Notes under the pieces: generated by a model | What the model saw: the letters and a program-made list of their open reading frames with translations, nothing else | Told to the model about the DNA's origin: nothing | The model's database searches: none | Part shown: positions 36,218 through 48,548 of the stretch, piece by piece | Position numbering within the stretch: the first letter of the stretch is position 1 | Layout of the letters: each line of letters opens with the position of its first letter | Made by a program: the position numbers and the translations under genes | Assembly (NCBI RefSeq): GCF_001194135.2 | Contig: NC_068985.1 | Location: forward strand, 97,464,640-97,528,259 | DNA: 63,620 nt | Source of the DNA: Octopus bimaculoides | Taxonomy: Eukaryota | Direction: 5' to 3'

Positions 36218-36540
36218 ATTCTGGAAGGTCTAGCACCAAACTTTGAGACTGAAAGCTATACCAGTCACTGTATAGGTGTCATTGCATAATACCAAAGATT
36301 TTGCATTCTCCATCCAGATTAAGGACTCGGTACTTTAGGGTACAAATACTTTCAGCTTTTCAATACTTTGCCAAATGACCTCAGAGATCTACAAGGTACA
36401 GATGTAAATGTGTTCAAAAAACAACTAGACAAATGTTTATCTAATACACCAGAGGAACTCACATCAGGGCATGAAACACAAAGAAGGGCAGCTCTGTCCA
36501 ACTCACTATTTCCTCAGGACCGATTCCAGAAAGAGGGCTG
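36215..36540 (+). mobile_element. CR1-type LINE 3' fragment
   Basis: KILEGLAPNF, FNTLPNDLRDL, VFKKQLDKCLS across frames. Confidence 0.7.
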
Positions 36541-36709
36541 AGAAAGGAGTCTAAGATAAACAAGCATTAATGCTAATGGCAGTGCTCCAGGATGGCCACT
36601 TCCCCTGGTTGAAACTGATAATAAAAACAGAAAGCCTAATCTCATATATTATTTGCCATATTTGAAGAACGACACAGAAAACTAAGAAGGGTATCAAACA
36701 TGTACTCAC

Positions 36710-36775
36710 TCTGTTATGGGTGTCAGTGTGACGTATAACATTCTGTAGCAGGGTTTTGGCAGATCTGTGCAGCAT
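36710..36775 (-). CDS. NKAPD1: NKAP domain-containing protein 1 (C11orf57 homolog), coding exon 1 of join(36775-36710,33202-32898,30593-30480,28538-28010), 1014 nt, 337 aa
   Basis: MLHRSAKTLLQNVIRHTDTHNR|gtgagt, matching the human LLRNVIRHTDAHNK motif. An acceptor (tctttcag) near 36806 implies an upstream non-coding exon. Confidence 0.9.
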
Positions 36776-37385
36776 TTTTAAGGGTTACAGAAAACAAACA
36801 AGATTCTGAAAGAGAAACAAAATTTAGATGAGCCCCTACAGATATTCTGGAAGTTAAAAAAGAGACTGACAAACTGTATGATGGTGGAAAAAAACAATAT
36901 AAAGAAAAAAACACATGAAATTGCTTAGATTTGTGGATGTCAGTCAGTCTCAAGTCAACCCTGATCCAACAGATCTATGTTCAAAGACAGTCGAGCCATG
37001 ACCATTCCACCTTTTTGAAATGAGGTATGGTTTTAGATACTTGGCTGCTGTTTCTAACAGATTGAGCAATCACAGTTTGTCACACAGTAACTTGAAATGT
37101 GGACTGATCAATGCCGAAAGTCCATTCAGCATTGATTAGTCACATAAATCAAAAAAAATATTTCAAATAATAATATGTCCAGTAAGGAGACATGGTATGC
37201 ACTGAATCACAGATATAGTTTGACAAATTATAAAAGAAAAAGATGCAAAAACAGAAGACAAGTGTTAAAAATAAATGGAAATATTAAAAATAGAAATAAT
37301 TTCACCAAGTAAATGATAAGAATGGGTTGACAAGGTATTCAAATTTAGAATGAGAAAAGAAAGAAAGACAGATAGAGATAGACAG

Positions 37386-37416
<31 letters not shown>

Positions 37417-37699
37417 GTTTGTTCCTTATTATTAAAGGAGATCAGTTACCAAGTTACTGGATCTTAATTAAGCAAATGAAATTTTTTAAAAAATCATTTA
37501 GTCTTGGAGCAGGGCCATGAGCAGAAAATGTTCAGATTCTTATAACAGAGTGAAGGTTGTTTGGATTTTAGAACCTTTTAAAAATAGTAGAAGAGTTAAA
37601 AGACAAAAACTTTAGTAGAGGGCTGGTGGTTAGAAGGAAATAATAAGTTTTGACTATGAGACAGTCAACTCTTTTGGGGCTGCAGGACTCAATTTAAAA

Positions 37700-38260
37700 A
37701 TCTAATACCAGTACTTCTACATGAAGTATTTCAGAAGGACAAAATTCCTGGCACTGAGGTGCATCAACAAGCCAGCATTTGATACCTGTACACCTTCCTT
37801 CAGAAGGTCCAAGTGATATGGGGTGGGCATGTCAGTCACATGAAAGACAACTGCATCCCAAGGAAGTTCTTATTTGGATAACTTTGTGAGAGAAAGTGCA
37901 CCATTGGCCAGGGAGATGGGCAAAAGAGGTTCAAGGACTGGCTAAAAGTATTTCTAAAGGAATTCAAACATCATGGCTGACTTGAGAGAGCTGCTCGCCC
38001 AATACCAACACAATTGGTGCAGACTGGTTCACAGTGGTGCCCAAACAGCTAAAAGAAAAAGAGCTACAGCAGGTGAGGAAGAGTGCTCACTCCATAAAGC
38101 AGAGCTACAAATAACCTCAAGTGCCACACCTTCCCATGCATGCCCTACATACAGGAGAGGATACCTGGCAAGGATAGATCTTATCAACCATTACTGAAGT
38201 CATCAGGTAAAGGTGCCAATCCTGAATCTTAGCCATCTTTGATATAACGAAGAACAAAGA
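37700..38260 (+). mobile_element. RTE (BovB/RTE-1-like) 3' fragment
   Basis: DKIPGTEV, GHVSHMKDNCIPRK, QKRFKD and a decayed C2H2-like ACPTYRRGYLARIDLINH motif. Confidence 0.8.
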
Positions 38261-38595
38261 ACATAAAAGGACATTAAATATTGTGTGGATTAGTTTAAAT
38301 TATTATTTTTTTTTTTCTGATTCTCCAGATGTTAGATCTCAGTAGTGGAGTTTACAAATGAAATTACAACAGATTGAGATGTGTCACAAGAAAATCAATA
38401 GTGGGGAGCCATGTAACATGTGAGTTGCAAAAATAAAAAAAATAAAAACATCAAAAAGACTGATAGTGATAATATAAAATGAGTGGAAGAGAGGAGGTGA
38501 AACAAGTTGTTACTTTCTCGAGAACAACAGAAAAAAAATCTGTCAAATTCCCCAAAAGATTTCCATTAATAAACACTACCCTTAATATAAGAATT

Positions 38596-39060
38596 ACTCT
38601 TTTACTTGTTTCAGTCATTTGACTGTGGCCATGCTGGAGCACCACCTTTAGTCGAGGAAATCGATCCCAAGACTTATTCTTTGTAAACCTAGTACTTATA
38701 CTATCGGTCTCTTTTGAGGAACCGGTAAGTTACGGAGACGTAAGCACACCAGCATCGGATGTCAAGCGATGGTGGGGGTACAAACACAGACACACAAAAA
38801 TACATATANNNNNNNNNNNNNNNNNNNNNNNNNNNNNNNNNNNNNNNNNNNNNNNNNNNNNNNNNNNNNNNNNNNNNNNNNNNNNCATACATATATACGA
38901 CGGGCTTCTTTCAGTTTCTGTCTACCAAATCCACTCACAAGGCTTTGGTCGGTCCGAGGCTATAGTAGAAGACACTTGCCCAAGGTGCCATCCAGTGGGA
39001 TTGAACCCAGAACTATGTGGTTGGTAAGCAAGCTACTTACCACACAGCCACTCCTGCGCC
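38596..39060 (-). mobile_element. SINE family A copy (gap in the internal microsatellite)
   Basis: Full-length match on both sides of the N-run. Confidence 0.85.
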
Positions 39061-39938
39061 TATTAACAAAATATAAATAATTTTTTTGGTCACCTTTATC
39101 TTTCACTGGTTTCAGTCGTTGGACTGCAGCCATGCAAGGACATCATCTTGATGGAGTTGAACAAACTGACCCTGGTTCTTGTTTTTTAAGTTTGATACAC
39201 ACTATTGGTCCCTTTTGCTAAAACACTGTTATGAGGATGTAAATAAACCAACACTAGTTGTCAAGTGCTGGGTAGGGTGAGGGACAAACACAAAGGCTAT
39301 ATATATATATATATAGTAAGTCAGTTACACTGAACCTAGTATGCAACTGGTACTATTTTTTTTGACTCCGAAAGGATGAAAGACAAAATCAACCTCAGAT
39401 CTGTAAACATGGAAGAAATACCACTAAGCAGTTTGCCTGGTGTGCTAACAACTCTGCCAACTCACCACCTTTGTGTTTGCATTCATAACATCATCGTTTT
39501 AATGTCCACTTCTCCATGGCTGCAGGGGGTGGATGGAAACTCACTGAACCAAATTATCTACGATGAGATGCAGTTCCTGTCACCAACCCTCAACTGTTTC
39601 TAAGCAATATTTCTCCATGGCCAGACATGTGTTTCACAAAAGATTGGAAATGAATGACAGAGCTTAGTGGACAGTAGCATTCATTTACCACTCTCACTGA
39701 CACAGACACACCCACATATACATATATATATATACACACACACACACACAATGGGCTTCTTTCAGTTTTCATCTACCAAATCTGCTCACATGGTTTCAGT
39801 CAATGTAGGGTTATAGAAGAAGACACTCACCCAAGTCACCACACAGTGTGACAGAACTCGAGACCACATAGTTAGGAAGCAAACTTCTTAATCACACAGC
39901 CATGTTTGCATCTATTGTGTAACGAGATTTTCATTTAA

Positions 39939-40114
39939 CCCTTTAGCATTCAAACTGGCCAGACCTGGCTTATCACACCAATCCGACAATATCATTGTAA
40001 AGATTAACAGTTACCACATCCAGATCTCAAAGCTACAAAATAATGCATGATTCATTCAAAATGATGTGAATAAATAAGCATGACTTTTGACAAAGTAATC
40101 TGAATGCTAAAAGG
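39939..40114. mobile_element. piggyBac-type MITE, same family as 21024-21243, opposite orientation
   Basis: TTAA|CCCTTTAGCATTC ... GAATGCTAAAAGG|TTAA. Confidence 0.75.
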
Positions 40115-40899
40115 TTAAACATGCAGTTTAATGTAGAGAGTTTTGGGTGGGTCAGTAACACAGATCTGGGGATGTCTTGAGTAGGTTGGCACCACAAGAC
40201 CAAAAGCAGGTTGTAGCTCAGTATCAGGTCAATCCTGATTAAGCAGACATATGATCAGAGTTTTTCAAGAAGCAACCAGTTCATTTTTTCATGAATATGT
40301 AGGGTTAAATTATCTAATATGTTCTTTCCTTACTTAGGACAGTTAGCTGTGATTTCAGTGGGGTTTAGTTCTCTAATAGAATGATCACCAAGAGTTTGGT
40401 TCTTTGCTAGGCTTTTGGCTGGGCTGATAACAAGGAACCAGTTGAAGTGTCAGGTAGGTTGCCAGTAGGATTCAATAACTGATTCAATTCAATAGTAAAA
40501 CTGAAATATTTGTTAGTATTGTGGCACATCACGAATAAATAATATAATGGGAACCGTGAATTAGAAATATACTGCCCCACTGGGCCACAGACATAAAAAA
40601 AAATTATCCAACGACCTAGTTTAAAAATACAAGCATTCGTTATAAACGGGGTTGTTGGGTTATTTAAAAGAGCACACAGATGTACACAGATACACACACA
40701 CACATATGCACATAGATACACACACAATTTACTCCGACACAGCCTGAACGATCGTACACAAGTGTGAAATTCCGATGAGCAACGAAGAGATTTATCAACT
40801 TTATATTGAGTAATGCTTTACTCGTTTGCATAACACACACACACATATATATATATAAACGAGCACTGGATATTAGTAGTTTTTCGTTCATATCAGTGC

Positions 40900-41800
40900 A
40901 ATAGTGTATGATGATGATGTATATTATATAAGAAGCCGGAGAATAACACAGATACAGACTATCCGTGACAAAATCTACCGAAGACATAATAAAGTCATAA
41001 TCCAAAATTGAATAAATCTCACCCTTTTTCTATAGACAAATGTCAATCAGTACATTGCAAGACTTTTTTTTGTTAATATAATTAATCTGTGTAGTAAGAC
41101 TGCCGAGAGCACACATGTTGTATATACGAAGCTGTGAAAATCGGGTGAGAATTAGTTGTGATCTTGCATCAGTTTAGATAAAGAAAAGCTTATCTATTTA
41201 TCTGAGTGTACACAATCATCTCAACGGATGGAAGTATGTCTGCGGTGTCACGAGGAATTCGGTTATAGCATCTTGGCACCGGAAGAGAGACTGGTGGCTT
41301 ACACGGTAACATCTGATAATAGATTAGTAGAGTGAATGTAGCAGGTGTAGACATAGAAACCAACCAACATGTACATAATACGTGGACTCCGTAAAGAAAT
41401 ATAATAATGATGATTTAACGAAATCTACACCAGCACCATGCAGCCATTTTTAAAATGCCGACCCCTCTCTTTCACTCACTCCTCACTCTAAAATCAAAAC
41501 TGATGAATCGTCTTTTCTTTCTTTCTTCGTAAGCAAGATTTCCTCGGCTTAAACTTTGGAATTTCTTAATGTAAAACAAATCAACTAATCGACAATCAGT
41601 AATAAAAACGCACTTAGGGAACAAACCGCGCACACACACACACATCTATCTATCTATCTATCTATCTATCTAATACACATACATACATATATGTTATAAG
41701 GTGAGGTTCTTACGTTGCAACTAAAAATTTCCACGTTCCCGATGACGAATGAAGTGTACTTACTGACATCCATACATATATACACACATGCATGCATGTA
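40900..41800. promoter_or_regulatory. Candidate shared (bidirectional) promoter of NKAPD1 and PIH1D2
   Basis: Both first coding exons are preceded by splice acceptors. This interval is relatively repeat-free and CpG-richer and has a YY1-like CAGCCATTTT (41441-41450) plus candidate donors on both strands. Boundaries are approximate. Confidence 0.4.
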
Positions 41801-43076
41801 TATTATTTGCACGAAGCTCGTGATTCCCACTCAATAGCTTTACTGAGCATATAATTTGCACAATTATATTTAGCTGGATAAATTCTTGAACAGTCACTAA
41901 TTTCATTTGTATGCCATAAAATATAAATAATATACTATAAAATGTAATAAGTAGGTTTCGTCGAACAGAAAATCGATTTGACAAAGTCACACTAAAAATA
42001 ATTGGAAACCATACCACCAAGTGCTCCAGTTAAATGTGTGAATCGTTGGTGCAGATGGCAAAGATATATATCAAATACACTTGGCTAAAAGATTGGAGTT
42101 CAAATCCCGACGGAGACGATTTTGTCGTTAATCTCTTTCAGGATCGATAATTAAAAAGCCGGGGTTAGACTTCACCGATCATATCCCGCCTAACAGATAC
42201 TGTTACTGAATTTAAACAAAGGTGTTCCTATCCATATATATAGATTTGCTAGAAATAGCAGTTAAGTCTCCATCCGAAACATAATGCAAACAAACAAACG
42301 AACAAATAAAATGAGGACACGTTGAACAATGTAATCCGGGGTTTCTTTTATTAAAGATCATAACTCGAATGCTTTTGATCACACGCCTGTTGGATCAAGC
42401 CTTTCTTGGGGCTAAACCACAACAACGAAGTCCTTTTTCAATTACAATAAGCCAGAAATATTGCTAGATGTACATTTCAATATAAACGGTAAGAAGGATA
42501 CAGACACACATTCACTCATATAGAACAGGTATCTGTAAGGGTCTTATGGCTAGACAGATATCTAAACATGAAAACAACACATACACACGTATTTATGTGG
42601 GTAAATTGCTTTTAAATGCTTGTTTGGCAAAACTGATGTTTTGCATCATGTTTGCAAGCAGAAATTTAAATAATTTTTTTCAAAGTCAGATCTATTAATG
42701 AAGATATATAAAAAAAGATTAATTTAATTTTCTTACAATGGCGAGTCTCTTTATAAAGTAATCGCTAAAAATTGCACCCAGATTTTCCCTCAAATCGCAT
42801 CCTGCTGTTTTAATAGAAGAAAGGATGTGAGGTAATGCCGCCAATATTGTTTTAGGGATCAAGGGATCCTTTTAAAAAATATATATATATAGGATGGTAT
42901 AGCTGGAATGTGTTCGATCATTGGTTTGCTCTTTCAGGGGCTGGACAACTAAACAACTTAGAGTTACCGGCATAAATCAAGCAACAACATTACAAGAGTA
43001 GGTCGAAGAGACATTTAAATGAGGGTTGAAGGACGATATACAGAGATATAATAAACACATATACATACATACATAC

Positions 43077-43154
<78 letters not shown>

Positions 43155-44036
43155 NNNNNNNNNNNNNNNNNNNNNNNNNNNNNNNNNNNNNNNNNNNNNN
43201 NNNNNNNNNNNNNNNNNNNNNNNNNNNNNNNNNNNNNNNNNNNNNNNNNNNNNNNNNNNNNNNNNNNNNNNNNNNNNNNNNNNNNNNNNNNNNNNNNNNN
43301 NNNNNNNNNNNNNNNNNNNNNNNNNNNNNNNNNNNNNNNNNNNNNNNNNNNNNNNNNNNNNNNNNNNNNNNNNNNNNNNNNNNNNNNNNNNNNNNNNNNN
43401 NNNNNNNNNNNNNNNNNNNNNNNNNNNNNNNNNNNNNNNNNNNNNNNNNNNNNNNNNNNNNNNNNNNNNNNNNNNNNNNNNNNNNNNNNNNNNNNNNNNN
43501 NNNNNNNNNNNNNNNNNNNNNNNNNNNNNNNNNNNNNNNNNNNNNNNNNNNNNNNNNNNNNNNNNNNNNNNNNNNNNNNNNNNNNNNNNNNNNNNNNNNN
43601 NNNNNNNNNNNNNNNNNNNNNNNNNNNNNNNNNNNNNNNNNNNNNNNNNNNNNNNNNNNNNNNNNNNNNNNNNNNNNNNNNNNNNNNNNNNNNNNNNNNN
43701 NNNNNNNNNNNNNNNNNNNNNNNNNNNNNNNNNNNNNNNNNNNNNNNNNNNNNNNNNNNNNNNNNNNNNNNNNNNNNNNNNNNNNNNNNNNNNNNNNNNN
43801 NNNNNNNNNNNNNNNNNNNNNNNNNNNNNNNNNNNNNNNNNNNNNNNNNNNNNNNNNNNNNNNNNNNNNNNNNNNNNNNNNNNNNNNNNNNNNNNNNNNN
43901 NNNNNNNNNNNNNNNNNNNNNNNNNNNNNNNNNNNNNNNNNNNNNNNNNNNNNNNNNNNNNNNNNNNNNNNNNNNNNNNNNNNNNNNNNNNNNNNNNNNN
44001 NNNNNNNNNNNNNNNNNNNNNNNNNNNNNNNNNNNN

Positions 44037-44069
<33 letters not shown>

Positions 44070-44775
44070 CATCTTTTACTTGTTTCTGTTATTAGACTGT
44101 GGCCATGCTGGGGCACCTCCTTGAACAACTTGTACTTATTTTTCTGTCAAGTCTGGTACTTATTCTATCGGTTCTGTTTTGCCCAACCGCTAAGTTACGG
44201 GGACGTAAACACACCAGCACTGGTTGTCAAGCCATGGTGGGACACACACACAGCGGGATTCTTTCAATGTCCGTGTACCAAATCCACTCACAAGCCTTTG
44301 GTCGGCCTGAGGCTAAAATGTACTCTACCTTTCATCCTTTCAGGGGTGGGTGGGTGAGAGATAAAATAAGTATCAGGCGAGCATTGTGGTCAAGGTAATC
44401 AACTTATCCTCTCCCACACCCAAATTGCTGGCCTTATGCCAAAATTTGAAATGAATATTAATTATCATCATCACCATCATCATCGTCTGCCTTCCATGCT
44501 AGCATGGGTGGGAATCAGTTTCAAATTTTGGCACAAGTCTAGCAATTTCAGGGTGGAAGTTTGGAGGTGGGGGGGGGGGCAAGTCGATTATATCGACCCC
44601 CTAGTGCTCAACTGGTACTTATTTTATTGACTCCCGAAAAGATGAAAGGCAAAGTCCACCTTGGTGGTATTTGAGCTCAGAACGAGAAGACAAACAAAAT
44701 GCTGCTCAACAGTTTGTCTGGCATGCTACCAATTCTGCCATCTTGCTATAAATCATAATATTAATTCTCTTGTAG

Positions 44776-44982
44776 ATGGTGTCAATTCTACCAAACACGC
44801 AGAACTCTGAACAGGATAAAGTTCTCCAGCAAGCTGAGCAGATTTGGTCAATGCTTGATGACATGGTTGTAAGTGACCCAACAGCTTATAAAAAGTTTAT
44901 TGAGAATCAGATGAAGGATGCTCATAAGTTTTTAGAAAAGAATGGTACCAAACCAGAATTTGGCTTAAAGGTTAAATTAAAA
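44776..44982 (+). CDS. PIH1D2: PIH1 domain-containing protein 2, coding exon 1 of join(44776-44982,45785-45911,46916-47330,48452-48548,50232-50375), 990 nt, 329 aa
   Basis: tgtag|ATG...AAA|gtaagt; QQAEQIWSMLDDMVVSDPTAYKKFIENQMK matches the PIH1D2 motif QFWNLLDDLAQSDPEGYEKFIQQQLK. Confidence 0.93.
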
Positions 44983-45673
44983 GTAAGTCACTCATTTAAA
45001 GTATCATGTTTTTTTTTTCATGTCTCAACCGATGCTTCTTACGTCTTACATCAATAAAATGTTATTAGATTTATTTTGCTTTAGAATTATTTGTATATTT
45101 ATTTGACTTATATACATTTGTGTGTATATGTATGTATATCTATCCATCTTTCTCTCTCTCTCTATCAGTCCATATATATGTGTGTGTGTGTTAAATGATG
45201 ATGATGGTACACACATACACACACACACATAGTCACAATGAGGATATTCATACCTCTTATAGGGATATTATCATCCTAGATATACTGGTTTAATATATTG
45301 TAATTTGAAGAGATATTTCTTCAATGAATATATTATATAAAATATCATAAAATATCAAATATTATTATCAAGTTTGAAAAACAGAGAGATCTAATGGATA
45401 CAAATCAATTTAATAATTAACATATTCACCTACAATTGTTTCATTTCACAACCCAAATTGAAACTGCAAGACATAAAAATATATAATAATGTAATCCTTG
45501 TATTGTCTTTTGTGCTCCCTGGTGATTTTCCATCCAAGGTATTTTAGAATGCAAAATTATAGATTGATGTATGTTTTGTAGATTTTCTCTTATGCTGTCA
45601 TGTAGCACTAGCATGGGTGCTTTTATGTGGTGTCAACATAGGTACTTTTATGTGGCACCAGCATCCACAAGCT

Positions 45674-45740
<67 letters not shown>
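45674..45740. repeat. (CTA)n microsatellite just upstream of the PIH1D2 exon 2 acceptor
   Basis: Perfect CTA run. Confidence 0.95.
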
Positions 45741-45741
<1 letters not shown>

Positions 45742-45784
45742 GTTTCTAATTTATTGTCTTTTGGTTTATGATTTCTTTTTGTAG

Positions 45785-45911
45785 GATGACAACGACTATT
45801 TGTTTCTGGAAATATATTCATCTCTTTTGGTTCCAGCACCAAACTTTGGAGAAAACATTGCAGAGATTCCTTCGTTTATTCAAACTGAAGAGGATTCAGA
45901 ACACTCAAACA
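45785..45911 (+). CDS. PIH1D2: PIH1D2 exon 2
   Basis: tttgtag|GAT...A|gtttgt; DDNDYLFLEIYSSLLVPAP (compare LFINLCQWTRIPAP). Confidence 0.85.
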
Positions 45912-46002
45912 GTTTGTATCTACTTTATAATGTAATCTCGCTGGTCAATGTGGTCATTTGTGTTGGGTAATGACTGAAAGGGTACAATGTCAAATACAAG
46001 CG

Positions 46003-46347
46003 ACCAAAATGGGGTTCTCTGAAAGATCCCTGGAGTAACATACTTGTCAAGGTTCATAGCTTGAAAATTAGGGAGTCTCTCCAGTTCCAGCCTGTATCTT
46101 TTTTTTTGCATTGAGAAGTCACAACTCTGGTACAACACTTGTGATTGGAATGTTGTAGGAAAGAATTGTCGCAAGACAGATTCTTCAAGCTGAGCAACTA
46201 GTGTCCATAGTCTCAGTTGGTCACACTTGGTAATCCAGCTGAAAAGTGTAATGATAGTTGCTTCTGATAAGGCCCTATGGAAGAGGTGGTTGAGGACTAC
46301 ACCAAGCAGGCAGAGCAAAATGAACAAATGGATAATCGATATCCCCT
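46003..46347 (+). mobile_element. RTE-type LINE 3' fragment in PIH1D2 intron 2
   Basis: Decayed RT C-terminal reading (MGFSERSLE, KVHSLKIRESL, WKRWL); homologous in reverse to 47524-47900. Confidence 0.65.
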
Positions 46348-46470
46348 TCATTTTTAAACTGCCTCTTCGTCAGTTATGATGACGAGGTTTCCAGTTGATC
46401 CAATCAATGGAACAGCCTGCTTGTGAAATTAACATGCAAGTTGCTAAGCACTCCATGGACACATACCCTT

Positions 46471-46734
46471 AACAATTTAACAGTCGCCAACAAGCCAGAG
46501 GACTTAGGCTTGACAATTTGACAGTAGCCAACAAGCCAGAGGACTTAGGCTTGACAGTTTGACAGTAGCCAACAAGTCAGAGGACTTAGGCTTGACAGTA
46601 GCCAACAAGCCAGAGGACTTAGGCTTGACAATTTGACAGTAGCCAACAAGCCAGAGGGCTTAGGCTTGACAATTTGACAGTAGCCAACAAGTCAGAGGAC
46701 TTAGGCTTGACAGTAGCCAACAAGCCAGAGGACT
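46471..46734. repeat. 41/33-bp minisatellite with higher-order structure
   Basis: Seven units of GACAATTTGACAGTAGCCAACAAGCCAGAGGACTTAGGCTT; units 4 and 7 lack the first 8 bp. Confidence 0.92.
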
Positions 46735-46915
46735 GTGCCAAGCCCTAATATCATAAATTAAAAATCCCCTGAAGGTGGTACTTTGCTATGGCTGCAGTTC
46801 AATTCCTGAAACTAATAAAATAATGAAAAATGTTGAAATTTGTTATAAATGTGATATGCACTTGAAGAATTCTTTTTGATATTTACCTCCCCCATCTTTT
46901 TTTTTCTAATTCCAG

Positions 46916-47330
46916 AACATAATAAGCCTCATATTTTAGTTGCCCTGAATCCTCTTCTGACCAGCAAACTGGCACCAAATGGATCCCTTTTAAAGGAGCA
47001 GCAGAATTTGGTAGAATATCTATTAGAGAACATCCAGGCACAAATACCGTTCTCTTTGGTTACAAGTGATTTTTCATTCTTTGACAAAAAGGAATGCAAA
47101 GGTGATATTAAAAGATTTCTGCAGTTTTTGAATGAACAAGTCTGTAAGAGAAAGCAAAACAAAGTTCCTGACGTAAATGGAAATGCCATTAATAATAAGC
47201 TGGACAGTATTAAGCTACCACAACAGAGCGAGAAGCTAGAAACTCTACCATTACTTAATCTGTCCAAGGAACGACCCCAGAAAGAAAGAAAACCAAAGTT
47301 AATTGAAGAATTACCAGTTAAGGAACCGAG
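46916..47330 (+). CDS. PIH1D2: PIH1D2 exon 3
   Basis: ttccag|AA...AG|gtttgg; HILVALNP (compare DVAYNP) ... KPKLIEEL; phases match both neighbours. Confidence 0.9.
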
Positions 47331-47523
47331 GTTTGGATTTCTTTCTTTTTTTCTTTCTTTATTTTTCCTTTTTTTTTTTAATCAAAACTTGAAATGATAT
47401 TGTTATAGTAGTTGCATCTACTACAAAGAAATTGACAAAATGTAGCATTTGTACTCAGTAACCAAAGGTCTTTTAGATTCTTTCTTGCTTGCTGGCAGAT
47501 GATGGTACTGTCAAGGGCTGAAG

Positions 47524-48070
47524 ATCCATCTGTCCATTTCTCCTGCCCACTTTTACTGGGAGGGTCATGGGAGTAGAGTCTTCAGGTATCTCCTCGATAA
47601 GGTCTTATCACAAGCAACCATCATTATACTTTCTCACTAGATTCACAAGCATGACCAATTGAGACTTTGGATATTACCTAATCATCTTGTTCTGGTTGGT
47701 TCCGTTTGAAGAAGCCGTCTTGTGATTCTTTCCTGCGACATTCTAATCACATATTCATGGTACCGGTCTGTGCCCTCTCAATGCAGAAAGATAGCAGTTT
47801 GACCTGGAGAGACTCACTGATCCCCAAGCTATGCCCTCTGTTACTTGAGAGATCTTTCAGAGAAACCCCATTTCAGCTGCTTGTATTTGGTGGGTACAGG
47901 AGAGATTAATGGTTGATATTTGCAGTTGGCATGCAGCTACTTGGTTCATCAGAAAGCTATCTCCAGGATTCACTGAATGGGATTGCTGCCAAGTGCTGCA
48001 AAGCAGGGATGAGAGTAAATATTGAGATAACTGAGACATTAGTCCTCTCAAGAGCTGAAAATGTCCAGGA
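47524..48070 (-). mobile_element. RTE-type LINE fragment with an inverted 5' segment in PIH1D2 intron 3
   Basis: Minus strand gives QIQAAEMGFL toward the 3' end; 47900-48070 on plus gives LIFAV...LQDSLNGIAAKCCKAGMRVNIEITETLVLSR (RT core). Confidence 0.65.
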
Positions 48071-48328
48071 AAAATATGGCCGTACCATACTGATGTCTGT
48101 CATTGGAGGAGTGTACTTTTATTGAAAGTGGTAGATTCCAGTCATTAGCAGCATCCACTACTCATGTAATATTACCAACCCAGCATTGCATTTACTAAAT
48201 GCATAACATTAGCAACATAGCATTAACTACAAATGTAATATTAGCAACAGATCACGCATTTAATATTAGCAACACAACCCATCACACATGTGACATGTAA
48301 TGTATATAAGAACAAGTAGTACATATTG

Positions 48329-48364
<36 letters not shown>

Positions 48365-48451
48365 TCGTACAGGTATGCACACGCAGGCATAAACACATTC
48401 ACACACTTACATTTCACATTTCCCTGATGTCATGTGTTTGTCTGTTTCCAG

Positions 48452-48548
48452 GTACACTTTAGACAATAGCAATGCTGACAGTTTGTGTGTAGCTGTTGAA
48501 CTTCCAGGTGTAAAATCTGGGGATGAATGTGAAGTTGATATCATACAG
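48452..48548 (+). CDS. PIH1D2: PIH1D2 exon 4 (CS domain)
   Basis: tttccag|G...CAG|gtatta; VAVELPGVKSGDECEVDI (compare KVELPGINSVSLCDLSV). Confidence 0.92.

Noticed and set aside
45920-46351. 143-aa minus-strand ORF with a signal-peptide-like start
   Set aside because: Antisense frame of a decayed RTE fragment inside a PIH1D2 intron.
46471-46734. CRISPR-like 41-bp array
   Set aside because: Units are contiguous with no spacers, so it is a minisatellite.
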